Positions 15,574 through 18,668 of a DNA stretch of 18,668 nucleotides are shown here, in pieces (within the stretch, counting starts at the first letter, position 1; the number at the start of each line of letters is the position of its first letter). The notes below the pieces were generated by a model that was not told the origin of the DNA, did not search any database, and saw only the letters and a program-made list of their open reading frames with translations. Location: NCBI GenBank assembly GCA_016287855.1, contig JAEEXS010000019.1:1-18668 (forward strand), in the 5' to 3' direction. This stretch comes from Clostridia bacterium (GTDB lineage Bacteria > Bacillota > Clostridia > TANB77 > RGIG9151). The position numbers and the translations under genes were made by a program.

Positions 15574-15744
15574 ATGGCATACAGAATTAGTGATCAATGC
15601 ATTAGCTGTGGAACATGTGCAGCACAATGCCCTGTAAGTTGTATTAAAGAAGGAGAAGGTCAATACGTTATTGATGAAAATACTTGTATTGAATGCGGTA
15701 ATTGCGCAAATGTTTGCCCTGTTAGTGCACCAAGTCAAGAATAA
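15574..15744 (+). CDS. fdx: Clostridial-type 2x[4Fe-4S] ferredoxin (56 aa)
   Basis: Not in the ORF track because it is under 60 aa. AAGGAGG at 15558-15564 precedes ATG 15574. My translation is MAYRISDQCISCGTCAAQCPVSCIKEGEGQYVIDENTCIECGNCANVCPVSAPSQE*, with two CxxCxxCxxxCP motifs. A strong terminator follows. Confidence 0.9.
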   Translation: MAYRISDQCISCGTCAAQCPVSCIKEGEGQYVIDENTCIECGNCANVCPVSAPSQE

Positions 15745-15758
15745 TATTGAGTAAAGGA

Positions 15759-15790
15759 AAAGCGAGGTTTTATCCTCGCTTTTTTGTTTT
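15759..15790. terminator. Bidirectional rho-independent terminator shared by the ferredoxin (+) and AAA+ (-) genes
   Basis: Stem AAAGCGAGG (15759-15767) / CCTCGCTTT (15774-15782) with a 6-nt loop. An A-rich run lies upstream and TTTTTTGTTTT downstream, so it reads as hairpin plus U-tract on both strands. The - strand gene stops at 15789. Confidence 0.8.
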
Positions 15791-18668
15791 AAATTTTCTC
15801 GATATCTTCTGGCAATATAGTAGTAAGAATTTCTTGATTTAGCTCCTCCAACGTACTTATTCTCATCGCCTGATTTGTAGTAGCTCTTTCAAAAACATTT
15901 CTAACATATCTACCATTTCCAAACTTAGGATTTTGTCTCATTTCATCCAATATATTAGATAGTTTTTCTTTAGCTTCTTCCGTAAGTACATACCCGTTTT
16001 TAGAAAAATCTAAATTGGCAATTTGCATAAGTTGATCTAAGTCATAATCTTTAAACTCTACAATATTAGGGAACCTTGATTGAAGACCTGGGTTCACATC
16101 TAGGAATTGTTGCATATTATCGCTATAACCTGCAAGAATTACAACGAGGCGGTCTCTATTATCGTCCATAAGTTTTACTAAGGTATCAATCGCTTCATGC
16201 CCAAAGTCATTTTCCCCGCCTTGAGCTAGGGTATAGGCTTCGTCTATAAACAATACTCCGTTCATAGCTTCAAAAACTTTATCAGTAGTCTTTTGAGCAG
16301 TTTGACCAACGTACCCTGCAACTAGCCCTGCTCTATCTGTTTCAACTAGATTGTTTGTAGAAATAACATTTAAGTTAAAAAGCAAATCTGCAACAGTCCT
16401 AGCCATCATAGTTTTACCGGTACCAGGGTTGCCCTTAAATATCATATGAAGAGTTTGAACATTATTATTTGCAATTCCTAACTTTTCTCTTTCTTTATTT
16501 ACACGAATTTTAGCAGCAAGTGCACGAATATAATTTTTTACATCATCAAGCCCTATGATATCTTGTAATTTCTCTTCTAAATTAAATTCCTCTTTTTCTT
16601 TTATTTCAAAGTCTACTAATTTTAAGGTTTGAAGGTCTCCATCGTTTTCTTTCAAGATACGATTAGACTGGTTTATAATTGCATTTTCTACAGTATTTCG
16701 AGCCAAACGTCCATTACCAGAATCATTTCTACCTTTTACATTTTTAGTTTCAAAATAATTAATTAGAGGCTCTACACAACTAGAATCTATAGTATAGTCA
16801 TTTGCTTTAGCAATTTCGGAAGCAATTCTATACATCTCTTGAGGAGTATAGTCTGGAAAATCTATTATATTAGGAAATCTTGATTTTAATCCTGAATTAT
16901 TTTTCAAAAATTCTTTCATTTCTTTAGCATATCCAGCTAAGATTACAACTAAATTATTTTTATTATCTTCCATCATTTTAACAAGAGTATCAATAGCTTC
17001 AAGACCAAAGGTATCATTACTATCTCTACACAAAGCATATGCTTCGTCTATAAACAAAACTCCACCTAGTGCAGAATTTATCTTTTCAGCTGTTTTTTGA
17101 GCAGTTGCTCCTTGGTATTCTCCGACTAAATCTGTTCTAGAAACTTCTACTAATTGACCTTTAGAAATAACTCCAAGGGCTTTTAAGAATTCAGCAACTA
17201 TTCTAGCAATAGTAGTTTTACCGGTACCAGGATTACCTGTAAATATCATATTCATAGAAACGGATGAATTTTTAAGACCAGATTCTTCACGCATTTTTTG
17301 AGCAGTTACATTATCTTCTAGTTTTAAAACATAATCTTTTACTGGCTCTAAGCCAATTATTTTATCTAATTCCTCTTTTACTTTATCTAAATTTGCATTA
17401 TTTGCCTTTGTAAGTAATTTCTCAAGCAAAATAAGCTGACCATTGTCGAATAAAGCAACTTTATTATCTTCAGATAAGGTTATAATTAACTGAGCATCTG
17501 GCGCTGGGTTACGTTTTAATTTGTATTCTAAAATTGGCTTATGAATGTTATGTTCTATATAATTACTAATACTTTTTGTACCAATATTTTTGTTGTATAT
17601 ATTAACAAGAAAATCTATTAATTTAGGGTCATAAAATAAGTTTAATTGAAGTTCTTGTCTTGTTTTTGCAATAAAATTATTAGCTATATTTTGAGTAAGA
17701 ACTACAATATTTTCATGGGATAATTCATCCAGTTTTATTAAGTCGTCAAAAGAATTAAAACATTCTTCGCCAACTAAATTTATAAACGATTCTTCAGAAG
17801 AAGAGGTTATAAGGATAAAGAATTTATTATTACCTTCAAGGAAATTAGCTCCTCCATTATATGCAGCTTTCCCATTTACAATAAACTCAATAACAAACTT
17901 TATACTTTCTTTAGATAACGCCTTAAAATTCTTAAATATAATCACATCTGAATTATTATTTAATGCTTTTATTATTTCATTTAAAAATTGTATATGGCTA
18001 TTATCCTCAGTAAATAGAGAGCAGTCTATATAGGAAGTATCTCCAAAGATTAATACTTCTTCCTTCATCTTTAGCGAGACTTGATTTATTATATCTAAAA
18101 CCAACTCATCCTCAGTTGTAAGTATTGAAGTAAAGTTTTTGTAGCTTTTAGTAGGCTTAGAAATAAAAGGACGTTTAAAAGATATAATTAGACTTTTAAT
18201 AAAACTTTCTTGAGCAGGAAACATAGTAGTAACCTCAGAAGAAATTTTATTAAATGCGTTATCAAAATCAGTATTTACTTTTTTAGGTTGAGTTTCTTTA
18301 AAATGAGATATTATCTCATTTTTCCTATCATTAGAGAAGTCAAATATGGTAGAAAAATCATTTAATATTTTTAATTGATCATCATTTATGTTTTTAGTAC
18401 AAAAAGCCATTTGAAAAATAATTGCAAAGAGTTGATCTTCATAAGCTTGTTGGTCTTTAAGAGAAACATTTTTATATCTTTCATCTGTTTCAAGCTTTAA
18501 TGTAGATATTATATTTTTGTAATTTTTATGGAAAATTCCTTTAAACTCATTTCCAAAAACTTTATTTAAGTCATTAAATTGAGATTTTGTAAGTTGTTGG
18601 TTATTTATAAAATTATTAAAAAATGCAAAATAAACGTCTTTATTTTCTTTATCTTCTCTAGCAATATT
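15789..18668 (-). CDS. Large multi-module AAA+ ATPase, 5'-partial (two SpoVK/CbbX/EccA-type AAA+ modules preceded by a degenerate Clp-D2-like module); N-terminus lies outside the window
   Basis: The track ORF 15789..18410 starts at an internal ATG with no RBS. My reverse-complement translation of 18411-18668 gives 86 in-frame sense codons with no stop (NIAREDKENKDVYFAFF...YEDQLFAIIFQ-MAFCTK). Walker A GNPGTGKTT lies at 17211-17237 and GNPGTGKTM at 16407-16433. Each module has Walker B LFIDEAY, NP/NSGL[KQ]SRFP and an IIGL..VK.Y lead-in typical of the SpoVK/CbbX subfamily. Confidence 0.9.
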   Translation of the reverse strand, partial: NIAREDKENKDVYFAFFNNFINNQQLTKSQFNDLNKVFGNEFKGIFHKNYKNIISTLKLETDERYKNVSLKDQQAYEDQLFAIIFQMAFCTKNINDDQLKILNDFSTIFDFSNDRKNEIISHFKETQPKKVNTDFDNAFNKISSEVTTMFPAQESFIKSLIISFKRPFISKPTKSYKNFTSILTTEDELVLDIINQVSLKMKEEVLIFGDTSYIDCSLFTEDNSHIQFLNEIIKALNNNSDVIIFKNFKALSKESIKFVIEFIVNGKAAYNGGANFLEGNNKFFILITSSSEESFINLVGEECFNSFDDLIKLDELSHENIVVLTQNIANNFIAKTRQELQLNLFYDPKLIDFLVNIYNKNIGTKSISNYIEHNIHKPILEYKLKRNPAPDAQLIITLSEDNKVALFDNGQLILLEKLLTKANNANLDKVKEELDKIIGLEPVKDYVLKLEDNVTAQKMREESGLKNSSVSMNMIFTGNPGTGKTTIARIVAEFLKALGVISKGQLVEVSRTDLVGEYQGATAQKTAEKINSALGGVLFIDEAYALCRDSNDTFGLEAIDTLVKMMEDNKNNLVVILAGYAKEMKEFLKNNSGLKSRFPNIIDFPDYTPQEMYRIASEIAKANDYTIDSSCVEPLINYFETKNVKGRNDSGNGRLARNTVENAIINQSNRILKENDGDLQTLKLVDFEIKEKEEFNLEEKLQDIIGLDDVKNYIRALAAKIRVNKEREKLGIANNNVQTLHMIFKGNPGTGKTMMARTVADLLFNLNVISTNNLVETDRAGLVAGYVGQTAQKTTDKVFEAMNGVLFIDEAYTLAQGGENDFGHEAIDTLVKLMDDNRDRLVVILAGYSDNMQQFLDVNPGLQSRFPNIVEFKDYDLDQLMQIANLDFSKNGYVLTEEAKEKLSNILDEMRQNPKFGNGRYVRNVFERATTNQAMRISTLEELNQEILTTILPEDIEKI

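Noticed and set aside
15544-15738. 64-aa minus-strand ORF listed in the track
   Set aside because: It is the antisense shadow of the + strand ferredoxin gene (15574-15744), which has an RBS, a diagnostic double CxxCxxCxxxCP motif and a terminator.
1-18668. Search for mobile-element or defence-island hallmarks (transposase/integrase/recombinase genes, terminal inverted repeats, tRNA integration sites, CRISPR, toxin-antitoxin pairs, restriction-modification)
   Set aside because: I found none by reading the ORF translations and intergenic regions. The window is dominated by housekeeping genes, so I do not claim a defence or mobile system.

Overview
Low-GC, Firmicutes-like (Clostridia/Tissierellia-type) chromosomal window. 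Genes run almost uninterrupted on the + strand from 79 to 15744, and one large convergent gene on the - strand runs off the right edge. Order: (1) a monocistronic gene with its own promoter and terminator, encoding a secreted protein rich in Cys/His repeats, with no family I can name; (2) a compact division/cell-wall (dcw) cluster, mraZ-rsmH-[305-bp spacer]-ftsL-class B PBP (2 PASTA)-murE-mraY-ftsW, preceded by an array of 10-bp-phased MraZ-box-like repeats; (3) polA and a membrane-anchored SLT-type lytic transglycosylase, packed directly behind ftsW; (4) a biotin-enzyme module (divergent carboxyltransferase, 63-aa protein, biotin carboxyl carrier) with no pump or biotin carboxylase subunit in the window; (5) a 56-aa 2x[4Fe-4S] ferredoxin that the ORF track misses; (6) a bidirectional terminator; (7) a multi-module AAA+ protein of at least 959 aa on the - strand. 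Its reading frame stays open to the window edge, so the 873-aa track call is N-terminally truncated. I see no tRNA/rRNA genes, CRISPR array, transposase/integrase or terminal inverted repeats. I cannot identify a recognisable multi-gene novel system. The least explained items are the secreted CHC(C)-knuckle repeat protein, the AAA+ protein (possible TerB-like N-terminal region, degenerate Clp-D2-like module, two SpoVK/CbbX-type modules), the rsmH-ftsL spacer with phased A-tract repeats and a terminator-like hairpin, and the incomplete, divergent carboxyltransferase/BCCP module. All family assignments rest on motif recognition by eye, with no database search.
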